This document shows, one piece after another, positions 8,313-18,404 of a stretch of 64,000 nt of DNA (positions are counted from its first letter, which is position 1; each line of letters starts with the position of its first letter). The notes under the pieces are model-generated. The model saw only the letters and a program-made list of their open reading frames with translations, was not told the origin of the DNA and did not search any database. The DNA is taken from assembly GCA_965197475.1 (NCBI GenBank), contig CBDANF010000003.1, positions 2,080,001-2,144,000 on the forward strand, given 5' to 3'. This DNA is from Candidatus Poribacteria bacterium (GTDB taxonomy: Bacteria; Poribacteria; WGA-4E; WGA-3G). The position numbers were made by a program, and so were the translations under genes.

Positions 8313-9722
8313 TTATATCGTATTTTCGTTTTCTTGTGGCGTAATTTCCTTTTCCTGTTCAGCAATTTGCACAACAGCTGGCAACAAACCGTAGATACCC
8401 CAGAACGGTACTCCGATGGCATCTCCATTTAGTAGGTTGTTTACTATAAAATGCACCATCAATGAGATTTCGGCTGCCATGAGTCCTATGACAACAGATC
8501 GGTAAAAGCCATTCTCAATTCTTTTAAGTGCGCGAAAACCGTAACGTAAAAATGCAAAGTTAAGCCATATCCACACCGCTAATCCGACAATTCCCAGTTC
8601 TGCCATAACTTGAAGATATTCGCTGTGTGCACCCAACTGAAACTGTGCTATGTAGGTGCCCACAAGCGCAACATCCTCCTCGTAAAGCATGGCAAAAGCA
8701 CCGTATCCCTTCCCTAAAATAGGACTTTCAAGGAACATTGTAGCGGCTTGACCCCACCGCATAAGTCGTGCCCGGTTAGAAGCGTAGTTAACATCTACCG
8801 TAGACGAAATCCGTTCCACGACAGAACTATAAACACCCGGCAAACTTAAACAAACCAATAGGATTAGGCATGCAGCACCAATAAATAGAATCTTTTTATG
8901 CGTAACGCCTCTGCCTAATTGTATCAGCATAAATCCAACTGCAACGATAACAGAGAGCCATACCCCCCGTGAAAAACACATAATGAGACCAAATCCGAAG
9001 CAGATGAACCACCCTATCCACATCACACGGTCAAACGGTTGATTATCAAATAGTAGACGACTGAGGCAGATTAGGAAAAAGATTGCTGTGAATGAACCGT
9101 AGACAGAGTAATTCGTGAACGGGGAACTCCGATATGCGCTTGTCCATTGCCATTGGTCAATATGATAGAAAAGCACAATAACCGTCCAAATAACAGCTAT
9201 CGCTGCACTTGGAAAAGAGGCGATAAATAAGCGATTCAAATGCTGGCGATGCTGGATTATGTCATATATCACCAAACTGAAAATGATGTAGGTAGAAGCC
9301 CGAAACGCCCCTTTTAAAGTGCCGAAAAGGTCGGGGGTATTGATAGTGGATAGGAACGTGACGAAAATAAAAAAACAGAGTGGTAGTAGAAATGGAAAGG
9401 TTGGGGTGCGCTGTCGCTTTCCGAGCGCGTAATCCACGATCTTTTTTAACCAATAAACGGCACTGAGCATGCCTAACAACGGTTCAGTAGGGGTCTGAAT
9501 CTCAAGAAGTTGGGGGATGATGTAACGAAAGGAGAACGGCAAGCAGATTAGCAGAACATGGACTGCTAGCTCCATACCAATGAATACAAATGCTCCTGTT
9601 GCAGCCAATAGACAAAGAACAGCAAGCGGCGTTTCTGAATACCGTCCGAGGATTACCCCGAACACGATGCAAATTAGAAACGGAAGGATGTGTTTTGCTG
9701 GCTTCAAGGACATCCGTAGCAA
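8313..9722 (-). CDS. O-antigen ligase (Wzy_C/WaaL-like) family membrane protein
   Basis: Multi-TM, with FSRGVW, SNRARLMRW, PILGKGYG and AHSEYLQVMAELGIVG motifs. Confidence 0.9.
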   Translation of the reverse strand: MLRMSLKPAKHILPFLICIVFGVILGRYSETPLAVLCLLAATGAFVFIGMELAVHVLLICLPFSFRYIIPQLLEIQTPTEPLLGMLSAVYWLKKIVDYALGKRQRTPTFPFLLPLCFFIFVTFLSTINTPDLFGTLKGAFRASTYIIFSLVIYDIIQHRQHLNRLFIASFPSAAIAVIWTVIVLFYHIDQWQWTSAYRSSPFTNYSVYGSFTAIFFLICLSRLLFDNQPFDRVMWIGWFICFGFGLIMCFSRGVWLSVIVAVGFMLIQLGRGVTHKKILFIGAACLILLVCLSLPGVYSSVVERISSTVDVNYASNRARLMRWGQAATMFLESPILGKGYGAFAMLYEEDVALVGTYIAQFQLGAHSEYLQVMAELGIVGLAVWIWLNFAFLRYGFRALKRIENGFYRSVVIGLMAAEISLMVHFIVNNLLNGDAIGVPFWGIYGLLPAVVQIAEQEKEITPQENENTI

Positions 9723-9725
9723 CGA

Positions 9726-10442
9726 TTAAAACTGCGTCCGGACTCCGAGTCCAATCGCAGTTCCGTCTAAAATAATATTAATCGGTTGAGTGCCGGTGGT
9801 TTCAATAGTTTTGAGGATACGTTTTAATTCAAAGTTGATTGATGCGTTATTGCTTATCGTGGCACGGGTACCAGGTTGCGACTCCCATTGAAGCAGCTCC
9901 GCTCCAACGATGACATACCCCGTAGTACTAGAAGCACTGTTAGCAAGTGAAATGCCTGCCTCTTCAAGCACATTAACCATGTTACCGCTAAAATTTGCTC
10001 TCAAAATACCGATACCTGCCCCGAAATAAATCGGAAAATAGTCATGTAACAGCATAGGACGATAGATCAATTGATACGAGATAGGCACAAGTGTGGTTGT
10101 GAGAGATGTTGAAGTAGGTGGTGGCGTATCAAGTTGAGTTCGCCAATAGCCAATTTCCAACCGGGAATCCAGTTCAGGCATGTGCTGCAGAACAATTGAA
10201 AGTGTTGGCATAAGCGAGGTTGGGATTTTGGATATTCCGAAATTGTGGAGAATATCAGCCAAGCCGCCCAACGTTGGTTTGTATGAATAGATGGAAAATT
10301 GTAGGGATGGAGTTTTGATGTGTTGTCTTAAAAAATTGTGTAAGAAAGGTGATGGTTGCAAGGGCTGCACATTTGGGGGTTCAGCAAGTGAAATGCCTGA
10401 GATAATGAAAACAGAAAATAGGATTATTAAAAGATAACGCAT
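9726..10442 (-). CDS. Exported protein, probable small outer-membrane beta-barrel
   Basis: Signal peptide, amphipathic strands (IYFGAGIG) and C-terminal LGVRTQF ending in Phe. Confidence 0.6.
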   Translation of the reverse strand: MRYLLIILFSVFIISGISLAEPPNVQPLQPSPFLHNFLRQHIKTPSLQFSIYSYKPTLGGLADILHNFGISKIPTSLMPTLSIVLQHMPELDSRLEIGYWRTQLDTPPPTSTSLTTTLVPISYQLIYRPMLLHDYFPIYFGAGIGILRANFSGNMVNVLEEAGISLANSASSTTGYVIVGAELLQWESQPGTRATISNNASINFELKRILKTIETTGTQPINIILDGTAIGLGVRTQF

Positions 10443-10494
10443 TTATTCAGGATACCCATGCTAAAAAAGCTACAAGTGGTTAGGTATTATCTAA

Positions 10495-10825
10495 TACCAT
10501 ATCTAATTGACAAAATATCATAATAGCTTGTTTTATACTATACACCTTTCGCACCGCTGGTGCTTGGTGTCTTGTGGTATACTTTTCTATACACCTTCCG
10601 CACCGCTGGGGCTGAGATATGATTGACTATAGCCTCAGAAAGGCAGCATGCGCTTATGGCATGCTGCATGAGGTGTCCAGCAGCTGATGTCTGTGTTTAC
10701 CAAGCCCTAGAGGAGCGACAGAGTGTATATTTTTTCCACCGCATAACACTAAAATTGACGCATAAGGGTATCGCAAACTCTGCACGACGGACGAAATAAT
10801 GCAATACAATCTCTTAGAAATGGTA
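10495..10825. mobile_element. 331-bp MITE of the TACCA-end family with TAA target duplication
   Basis: Left end taccatatctaa and right end ttagaaatggta (11/12 inverted match), TAA at 10492-10494 and 10826-10828. Confidence 0.65.
10538..10729. repeat. REP-like ~28-bp repeats, two direct and one inverted
   Basis: ctatacacctttcgcaccgctggtgctt (10538), ctatacaccttccgcaccgctggggctg (10587), and inverted tatacactctgtcgctcctctagggctt (10702-10729). Confidence 0.75.
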
Positions 10826-10867
10826 TAACTTTCTGAAATATAGACAAAAAATAGGCATAATCGCGTT

Positions 10868-10901
10868 AAAAGGATAGGATGCCCCGAATTAGGACATCCT
10901 A
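10868..10901 (-). terminator. Intrinsic terminator of the OmpA-family gene
   Basis: taggatgtcc/gggcatccta stem followed by tcctttt on the minus strand. Confidence 0.55.
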
Positions 10902-10948
10902 ACGACACTGGACGGAAAAATCAAGGAAATATCTTAGGGGATCAAAGG

Positions 10949-11824
10949 TTACATCATTGAGCCAGTTGGGTTGAGAATTACTTCTACCCGGCGATTCATA
11001 GCTCTGCCAGCAGAGGTATTTTGCGGAGCGACAGGATCAGTATGTGCCTTTCCAACAGCCTTGATTCTGGCAGCGTCAATACCTTTACCTTTCAGATATT
11101 TAGCGGCTGCATTTGCGCGCGATTGAGACAGGTCCCAATTGCTTCGATGGCTGCCACCTAATACTGGTGTGCCATCCGCATGACCAACAACCAGTATCTC
11201 GGCTTCCGGATTTTCCATAATCTGACCAACGATACCGTCAAGCATCTCTTTAGCCTCTTTAGAAAGGCCCGTCTGTCCACTACCAAAATTGGCGGTAGCT
11301 AATAGCGTGGGTTTTGCCTCCACCTCGGCTTTCAATTCAGCTATATCCGATAAAATAGCTGCAATTTCAGACGCAAGTTTCTTAACATCAGCACCTTGTC
11401 CCTTGAAGCTATCGGCAAGTGCCTTAATCTGTTCCTGGAGTTTGGCATCTCCAGCTTTAGCAGATTCCATCGCTTTTTTACCCTGACTATCAATGTTTTT
11501 TGTTAAGTCAGAGCGAGCTTTTGCGATCTCTTCTTTGGTATTTTGCTTGGCAGCAGCGATAGTGTCAGCATCCCCTTGTTGCGAAGTGGCAATTGATTCA
11601 TCCTTCGCTTTAGAGATTGCCTCCATATTATCCTTATTGTTCTGATTGACCTTTCCTTCAATCTCAGTAATCTGCACTTTTATTTCTGTATTGGTTTGGT
11701 CGATCTGCGCAACGTGTTCATTCTTCCACATTTCAAACTCTTCTTGGTTAAGCTTACCGCAACCAATAACGGCAATGCTTAATACCAAAAGAGCAGCAAC
11801 AGTAAGTGTTCCTCTGGTTTTCAT
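10949..11824 (-). CDS. OmpA/MotB-family peptidoglycan-binding lipoprotein with a coiled-coil stalk
   Basis: Lipobox VIGC, with VVGHAD, NWDLSQSRA and NRRVEV motifs. Confidence 0.9.
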   Translation of the reverse strand: MKTRGTLTVAALLVLSIAVIGCGKLNQEEFEMWKNEHVAQIDQTNTEIKVQITEIEGKVNQNNKDNMEAISKAKDESIATSQQGDADTIAAAKQNTKEEIAKARSDLTKNIDSQGKKAMESAKAGDAKLQEQIKALADSFKGQGADVKKLASEIAAILSDIAELKAEVEAKPTLLATANFGSGQTGLSKEAKEMLDGIVGQIMENPEAEILVVGHADGTPVLGGSHRSNWDLSQSRANAAAKYLKGKGIDAARIKAVGKAHTDPVAPQNTSAGRAMNRRVEVILNPTGSMM

Positions 11825-12009
11825 GGAATTCCTCCAAAAATTGATGCGTAATACGTAAACTGCGTAATATATTTATTTCACATAAGACATGTTATAATAG
11901 TTTAACACAATTCAGTTTATAATTCAAAAAAATTTGACATGCGATTGTTTTTCTGCAAAAACGATGTATGGAACTTGATATTTCAAGAAAAATAATGTAA
12001 ACTAATTTT

Positions 12010-13374
12010 ATGGGACAATTGAGTATTATTTTAATTGTAGGCTTCTTGTGTCTTTTTGCTTATGAACCGCTAGAAGGCATTGGAACAATAGATATCGCAC
12101 AAACGTATCTCTGGAACGTAGTGCTAACATTCGGTCCAATCCTCATTGCCTATCTTTTTACAACCTTAATTTCGCGAGTTTCAAAATCACAAAAACCCTT
12201 TACGGAGAAGGCTTTTTCCCACCTTGGAATCTTCCGGATTGTTTTTGAAGTGCTGTGTTTAGGTGCCTACTTATATAATCTGTATCTGTTAGACTTGCCG
12301 TTGTTCATTCACGTACAGTTTGCCTTCTTTCCAATGACTGAACTACGTCAAGGGTTCGCAATTCTACCACTTGTTATCGGTTTAATTGGTGTTCGTTTAG
12401 TATTTCATCAATTGAATCGTGAAAGTAGTGCACGCTATAGCGAGTTACTTTCCTTTCATCTAAAATTCTTACTTCTTCCACTTGCTCCGCTACTAATCTA
12501 TTTAACCTCGCTTGATCTACTGGTAAGGCTTCCAGAACAGGTAAAGTTATTCTTGGTCACACATCCGTATATATTGATAGGGTTACTTATCCCCGTAGTG
12601 GCAGGAGCATATATTTTCGCGCCTTTACTGATGCAGTTTATGTGGAAGACAATACCACTTCCAGATGGTGAGTTACGAGAGAAGTTGGGACAACTTACAA
12701 AACGAAGTAAAATGAAATATAGAGATATTGCGGTATGGCAAACAGGGTCGTTATTAATCGCCAATGCCGCGGTTGCTGGGACCTTTGGATGGAATCGGCG
12801 AATCTTTTTGACAGATGCGCTCCTACGCTATTTTTCGGACGACCAAATAGAGACAATTGTAGCACACGAACTCGGGCATATCCGCTATAAACACATTCCT
12901 ACCTACATTCTGTTTTCGTGTCTCTACCTTCTCAGTTATCCGCTGTTTTACAGATATATTGAACAACCAATAATGCAATTTCTGCCGACAAATCTGGTTG
13001 AGAACTATCCGATTGTTTCTTCAATTGGTTCAATGCTATTCTTTATCTTTTACTTTATTTTCGGATTTCGTTATGTATCTCGACGTTTTGAACACCAAGC
13101 CGACTTATATGCTGTTTCCTTGACTAACAGGCCAGAAGCGTTTATATCAGCACTTGAACGATTAGCTATTTTCAACAGTATTCCAAGATATGTTCGGCGT
13201 ATTTTTGAACTTTTCAATACCCATCCTTCCATTTATCGGCGCGTTAACTTCGTGAATAGGTCTATCATAGGCGATGTAGGTATTACGCGCTACCAAAACT
13301 ACTTACTCGAAGCCAAAATTTTAGTTGTTTTACTACCGATATTTTCTGCCGCAATAATTCTACTGTTTTTGTAG
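12010..13374 (+). CDS. M48 family (Ste24/HtpX-like) membrane zinc metallopeptidase
   Basis: ANAA, AHELGH, EHQAD and THP motifs, multiple TM helices. Confidence 0.9.
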   Translation: MGQLSIILIVGFLCLFAYEPLEGIGTIDIAQTYLWNVVLTFGPILIAYLFTTLISRVSKSQKPFTEKAFSHLGIFRIVFEVLCLGAYLYNLYLLDLPLFIHVQFAFFPMTELRQGFAILPLVIGLIGVRLVFHQLNRESSARYSELLSFHLKFLLLPLAPLLIYLTSLDLLVRLPEQVKLFLVTHPYILIGLLIPVVAGAYIFAPLLMQFMWKTIPLPDGELREKLGQLTKRSKMKYRDIAVWQTGSLLIANAAVAGTFGWNRRIFLTDALLRYFSDDQIETIVAHELGHIRYKHIPTYILFSCLYLLSYPLFYRYIEQPIMQFLPTNLVENYPIVSSIGSMLFFIFYFIFGFRYVSRRFEHQADLYAVSLTNRPEAFISALERLAIFNSIPRYVRRIFELFNTHPSIYRRVNFVNRSIIGDVGITRYQNYLLEAKILVVLLPIFSAAIILLFL

Positions 13375-13388
13375 AGGGAAATAATCAC

Positions 13389-13700
13389 CTACTCGGGTTC
13401 AAGCACAAACTTGAGTTTGTCAATTGCACGGTTAATGGGCAATTCGTAGAACTTTTGCAGCTCCCGCAACTCATTCGCGATGTCAAACGCGACAAGAATC
13501 GGAATCCGTGTTTCATCATAACCTTTTTTCGTATAACTTTCTATCCGATTCTTGACATAGGTAACCAGGACATCAATGTCGTCAGCGGTTAACTCCTCGC
13601 TCGGTTTAATAGAATAAGGGATACCCAAAATGACAAATCGGATAGCTTTAGTATCTTGAATAGGTTGTTTTTCTTCTTCAGTTTGCTGTTCGTCTTGCAT
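13389..13700 (-). CDS. zapA: Cell division protein ZapA-like
   Basis: ILGIPYSIK ... YVKNRI ... ILVAFDIANEL pattern and size. RBS aaagga. Confidence 0.65.
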   Translation of the reverse strand: MQDEQQTEEEKQPIQDTKAIRFVILGIPYSIKPSEELTADDIDVLVTYVKNRIESYTKKGYDETRIPILVAFDIANELRELQKFYELPINRAIDKLKFVLEPE

Positions 13701-13805
13701 ATCGGTTCCTTTCAATTAAAATTCCAAATAACGTCGCTGCGTCAAGATTACTAACAAGTTTTGGTCAACTGTAAAGTGGGATAGTCTAAAACCCGTATCC
13801 CGTTC

Positions 13806-14693
13806 CTATGAAAGTGCTTTTCGCATCGTGTTCACACAAGGTTCAACACCTGTCCATCGCTCAAAAGCAATTGCCCCCTGATGTATCAACATGCCAAGGC
13901 CTCCAACAATTGTGCATCCCTTTTTCGATGCGACTGTTAACAACGATGTCATCGGTGGCGTATACACAATATCGTAAACGGTAGTGTTCGGCTGAAGCCA
14001 ATCCGGATCAATCAAAAGCGGATGAGAAACATCCATACTTGATGAGGCAGTATTTACGAGCAATGCGCTGCCTTTCACCGCATCCGCCAGTTGAGAATCC
14101 TGCAATTCCATACCTGTCAAAACGGTTTGATGTTTGGCTTTCTCTCCTTCATCCTGCTGTCTTATCTTGTCGGCAAGCTCATCTGCTAAAGCAACTGCTT
14201 TTGATACCGTTCGGTTGGCAATGATGACTGATTTGACACCTGCCAATGCCAATGCAACGACAACTGCCCGTGCTGAACCACCCGCACCAAGTACTACAAC
14301 ATCCTTACCGACTGGGATTGATGCTCCTGTCTCCTCCAACGCTCTTAAAAACCCGGGTGCATCCGTGTTCTCCCCATGTATCTCATCATCAACAAAGGTG
14401 AGCGTATTCACTGCGCCTATGAGTTCCGCTTCCCGCGAGATAGATGTCAAAAACGGGATGACCGCCTGTTTATGTGGAAGCGTGGCATTGATTCCGACTA
14501 CATTGAGTGCCTTAAATCCATTCATCGCCTCAGCTACTGCGTCAGCAGCCACGTGGAACGGGACATAGATGTAATCAAGTCCTGCTTTAGCAATAGCAGC
14601 GTTATGCATCTGAGGAGAACGGCTATGTGAAACCGGTGCCCCTATGACTCCAACAATCTTTGTGTGACCTGTGATTGTGTGCGGCTTGTCCAT
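13806..14693 (-). CDS. aroE: Shikimate dehydrogenase
   Basis: HSRSPQMHN, NATLPHK, GAVNT, NTD, GAGGSARA and MLIHQG motifs. Confidence 0.95.
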   Translation of the reverse strand: MDKPHTITGHTKIVGVIGAPVSHSRSPQMHNAAIAKAGLDYIYVPFHVAADAVAEAMNGFKALNVVGINATLPHKQAVIPFLTSISREAELIGAVNTLTFVDDEIHGENTDAPGFLRALEETGASIPVGKDVVVLGAGGSARAVVVALALAGVKSVIIANRTVSKAVALADELADKIRQQDEGEKAKHQTVLTGMELQDSQLADAVKGSALLVNTASSSMDVSHPLLIDPDWLQPNTTVYDIVYTPPMTSLLTVASKKGCTIVGGLGMLIHQGAIAFERWTGVEPCVNTMRKALS

Positions 14694-14714
14694 CTAACTA
14701 TGATGCCAACTTTC

Positions 14715-17700
14715 TTAAGCAAGTAATTTCTCGACCGTTTGTTTCGCCTCTTCCATTTTTGGGTACCGAATTTGCCTATACCCTCGAACGTGTTCAACGC
14801 ATTCTAATGCTTCAACATGTTTGTCATAGTTCTTTTCATCGGATGGGGCAAACGTATCTATTACTTCTCTGATATACCACTCTCTGAATTCCCGCTCTTT
14901 TGCGTGCCACTGCAATAACCAGTGTCTCAGAAACTTCATGTGTTTCATCATGTGCAACATCCAATTTCGGGTATCAATATCATGTTGAATATCAATTCCC
15001 ATCACGTTGAAATGAGGACGATTTAGATGAAGGTATCGGATTTTATCACCGTTTTTCTCATCTACATTATAGCGTATCTTGTCTCGATCGAGTTTTTCTT
15101 TACTTGTCAGCAGGTGTGAAACATATACTTCATCCTTAATCAGCATTACTTTATGTAAATACTTAATGGCAGCTTTGGTGGCACGGTAATCACCAAAGTC
15201 TTTTTCGTAAACTTGTTCAATCTTTTCTATGTATATCTGTGCATAGTTTATATTTTCAAACTGAATCAGATCGCAAATATAGAGTGCAAGACTTTGATGT
15301 GTGGGGTCATCTAATTCAACTTTTTTAACGATACCCTCAACTAAACTAACGTATGAATCAGCAAGACGTTTACCACGAAATTTTTCTGCAAGAATACGTT
15401 TTTTCTCTTCTAATGTGTCTGCATAAGATTGTTTCAAGACATCAGACATAGGTTGCGATAGGATGTTGTCAGCATTTTCATTTGCTGCGAGGTATCTGCC
15501 GACTTCAAAAGCATTCAGATTCTGTTGTAAATCGGAACGTTTGACCATCTGCTTCAATGCGAGTTTCATCGGTTCCAGTTCAAGCGGCATCAACCTTTTT
15601 TGGAATGCCACTCCTAATAGCATGATATTTGCGTACAGTTTTGCGCCGAATAATTTTTCAGAAATCTCAAATAGATTCAGTCCAAAATACATATTGGTAC
15701 AATGTTTAATAGTTTCTTCTAAATCGGCGATTTCAAAATTATCTTTTCCGATGAGCGTTGTCACCGTATCAGTTTTGGCAGTATTGACAACGGCAGCGGT
15801 ACGTTCAGTTGATGCGACACGGAAGACTGATCCTGCTGTAATCCCCCGAACTGCCTCTAAAATGTCAAGACCCAAGACGAGATCCGCCTTGCCGTAAGGA
15901 ATAATCGGTGAAATCTTAGTACCCAAATTTGAATAGGTGACGTGTGTATAGACACCTCCATTACGAATCGCTAAACCCTTTCTATCACAGAAATGCACAT
16001 CATACCCCTGGATATACCCGGCAACGACAAGTATTTTAGAGATCGTTCCGATACCCATCCCGCCGACCCCTGCAGCGTAAGCACTCCAGGCTCTATCAAA
16101 AGTTCGTGGGGGTGGTGGTGGCAAAGGATGCCCTCCGTTCAATCCAAGTTGCGAAAGTAAATCGGATAGCCCTGATTCCTCCCATTCATTTGATATGCTT
16201 GAGTCCTGCTCTTTAGGTTTTTCAATCTGATGAACATGTTGTAGGCGAGGAGGGCGTTTTCGTGTGACTATGACTTCTTCAAAGGACGGACACGCCCATT
16301 TTATGCGCGCACAAGCACCATCGGTTACACAGTTAGAACGATCAATCGCTATTTTGTTGCCATAGTCGGTATCAACAATTTTTAAGGCGGGGCATCCCGT
16401 AGATTTTGTGCACTCTAAACAAAATTCACAAACTTCTGATGTAATGTTAATATGTTTTTCGACCTTTAAGAAGCCGTTTTTCTCTTTGATCGCTTGTTGT
16501 TCGCGTCTAAGTCGTCGGTGGAAAGTAATCGCACACTCTTTATCCGCAATAATAATTTTGACACCTGGTCTTAGTATCGCCTTCTCAAGATATTTTTTAT
16601 AGTTCAGTCGGTCTTCGGGGTTTACCCGCACAATAGTAATCTCGGAATTTCCAGCCAACCCTTGTGCGACCTTCTCAATATCTTGGGCAAACGTAGGATT
16701 ACCGAGTATGTCAACATCACCAGCAGGTGTCGGTTGGTGACCGGTCATTGCTGTTGTCTGGTTATCTAAAATAATATATGCGATATCTTGGTTATTTTTG
16801 ATTGAATCAGAAATTGCGGAGATTCCGCCGTGAAAGAAGGTTGAGTCTCCCATGAATACAACCTGCTTGTTGACGATGAAAGGGTCAATGCCTGCGCCTG
16901 CCCCACCGCCGAGTGTCATTGCAGAGAGATTGTGCATCAAGCGCGGAAACGGTTCGTATTTTAGCATTGAATAGCATCCGATATCCCCGTGAAAAACGAG
17001 ATCAACGGGGGATGAATCGTGATGCTTCTGCATATACGCAGTATCCATGAATTGATTTGTAATTTCAAGAAGGACACTTGAGGAATCACGGTGTGGGCAT
17101 CCTGGGCAGAAGGTAGGCGTGCGTTTCGGGATATCAGCCTTAAAATCAGCTATCTGTTGCTGTAACTGTGCTTCTTTTGCCAAGAGTTCCATATCAACGG
17201 GAACACCCTTTGCAAATCGCCCCTCTTTTCCGTTTTTTGAAAAGAGCGGTATTAAGCGTTGGATTAGAATAGATGGGTCCAATCCGGCTTCCATGGGTAT
17301 TCCGGGCAAACCTTCAGGAAACTGTTTACCCCATACCTTCACAAGCTTATCAAGATTACCCGCCTGATACATTTGCATTAGTAATGCCTTAATCTCATTT
17401 TCAAGGACAGGACGTTTTTCTTCAACAACAAACAGTTCATCTATTTCTTGTGCAAACTCACGAAGAATATCTGGATCAATCGGATGCGTCATACCGAGTT
17501 TGAGGATGGGAATAGATCCGCTGAGATTCAGTTCAGACAAGGCATGTTCCAGATAAGCATAACTGAAACCAGCTGTCAAGAATCCGATTTTTTTCTGTTT
17601 TTGATCTGAGGTTGAATGGTTATTTGAATTTGTTGGATAGAGAATCTCGTTGAGACCTAACCGCTTGGCAGTTTTGAGTGCGGCGGGTAGTCTTTTTTGA

Positions 17701-18404
17701 AGTGTTTCAACTTCAATGCGAGCGGTATCAGGTGGTAACACCACGCGGTCATCTATAGAAATTAACGCTGTATCCAATTCTATTTGTGCGATTTGGCTAA
17801 TGGTTGGATAACAATTTGGATGTAGTTCAACATTTCCGCCGCCATCTGCCTGATTTTGCGTCGTTAGAAAGCAGGTATAGAGGTTTGCCTCCGCAGAAAT
17901 TTCAAAGGCGTAATTAATCCAATTTTTGAGTTCTTGCCAAGTAGATGGTTCTAAAAGAGGCATATAGAGGTGTCGTGCCAAAAAACGAGAATCGGCAGGG
18001 ACCTGTGTGCTATACGACCATGTATCATCGCCTACTACAACAACAGCACCGCCGGTTGTACCTGCAAGATTGCAGATCGCGAGCGCATCAGACGCAACGT
18101 GCAAACCGACACTTTTCATGAATGCTATTGCGCGCATATCTGCCATTTGTGAACCATTCAACCGGGCAATGCTCAATGCCTCATTATTGGCTATTTGGGC
18201 TACGATGCCGTGTGATTTGAGGAGATCCGAATTACGCTGCAGAATATCAAATACCTCTGCAAGCGGTGACCCTGGATACCCTGTCATCAGGCTAACGCCG
18301 CTTTCTAAAGCACCTTTGACTAGCAACTCACAGCCAGTATAGACGTTTGTGCCGTTTGATTGTGTAAACCTTTCATCCATATTAAATGATCCTTTAAATG
18401 GCAT
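14715..18404 (-). CDS. Fused indolepyruvate:ferredoxin oxidoreductase family protein
   Basis: GYPGSP, FCPGCPH, GDIGC, GDSTFFH (TPP binding), AMTGHQ, ferredoxin CEFCLEC and GVGGMGI motifs. Confidence 0.9.
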   Translation of the reverse strand: MPFKGSFNMDERFTQSNGTNVYTGCELLVKGALESGVSLMTGYPGSPLAEVFDILQRNSDLLKSHGIVAQIANNEALSIARLNGSQMADMRAIAFMKSVGLHVASDALAICNLAGTTGGAVVVVGDDTWSYSTQVPADSRFLARHLYMPLLEPSTWQELKNWINYAFEISAEANLYTCFLTTQNQADGGGNVELHPNCYPTISQIAQIELDTALISIDDRVVLPPDTARIEVETLQKRLPAALKTAKRLGLNEILYPTNSNNHSTSDQKQKKIGFLTAGFSYAYLEHALSELNLSGSIPILKLGMTHPIDPDILREFAQEIDELFVVEEKRPVLENEIKALLMQMYQAGNLDKLVKVWGKQFPEGLPGIPMEAGLDPSILIQRLIPLFSKNGKEGRFAKGVPVDMELLAKEAQLQQQIADFKADIPKRTPTFCPGCPHRDSSSVLLEITNQFMDTAYMQKHHDSSPVDLVFHGDIGCYSMLKYEPFPRLMHNLSAMTLGGGAGAGIDPFIVNKQVVFMGDSTFFHGGISAISDSIKNNQDIAYIILDNQTTAMTGHQPTPAGDVDILGNPTFAQDIEKVAQGLAGNSEITIVRVNPEDRLNYKKYLEKAILRPGVKIIIADKECAITFHRRLRREQQAIKEKNGFLKVEKHINITSEVCEFCLECTKSTGCPALKIVDTDYGNKIAIDRSNCVTDGACARIKWACPSFEEVIVTRKRPPRLQHVHQIEKPKEQDSSISNEWEESGLSDLLSQLGLNGGHPLPPPPPRTFDRAWSAYAAGVGGMGIGTISKILVVAGYIQGYDVHFCDRKGLAIRNGGVYTHVTYSNLGTKISPIIPYGKADLVLGLDILEAVRGITAGSVFRVASTERTAAVVNTAKTDTVTTLIGKDNFEIADLEETIKHCTNMYFGLNLFEISEKLFGAKLYANIMLLGVAFQKRLMPLELEPMKLALKQMVKRSDLQQNLNAFEVGRYLAANENADNILSQPMSDVLKQSYADTLEEKKRILAEKFRGKRLADSYVSLVEGIVKKVELDDPTHQSLALYICDLIQFENINYAQIYIEKIEQVYEKDFGDYRATKAAIKYLHKVMLIKDEVYVSHLLTSKEKLDRDKIRYNVDEKNGDKIRYLHLNRPHFNVMGIDIQHDIDTRNWMLHMMKHMKFLRHWLLQWHAKEREFREWYIREVIDTFAPSDEKNYDKHVEALECVEHVRGYRQIRYPKMEEAKQTVEKLLA

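Noticed and set aside
10654-10908. 84-aa ORF on the minus strand
   Set aside because: It runs through REP repeats, a MITE end and a terminator, with no protein features.
13375-13388. 6S RNA downstream of zapA
   Set aside because: Only 14 bp separate zapA from the convergent M48 gene.
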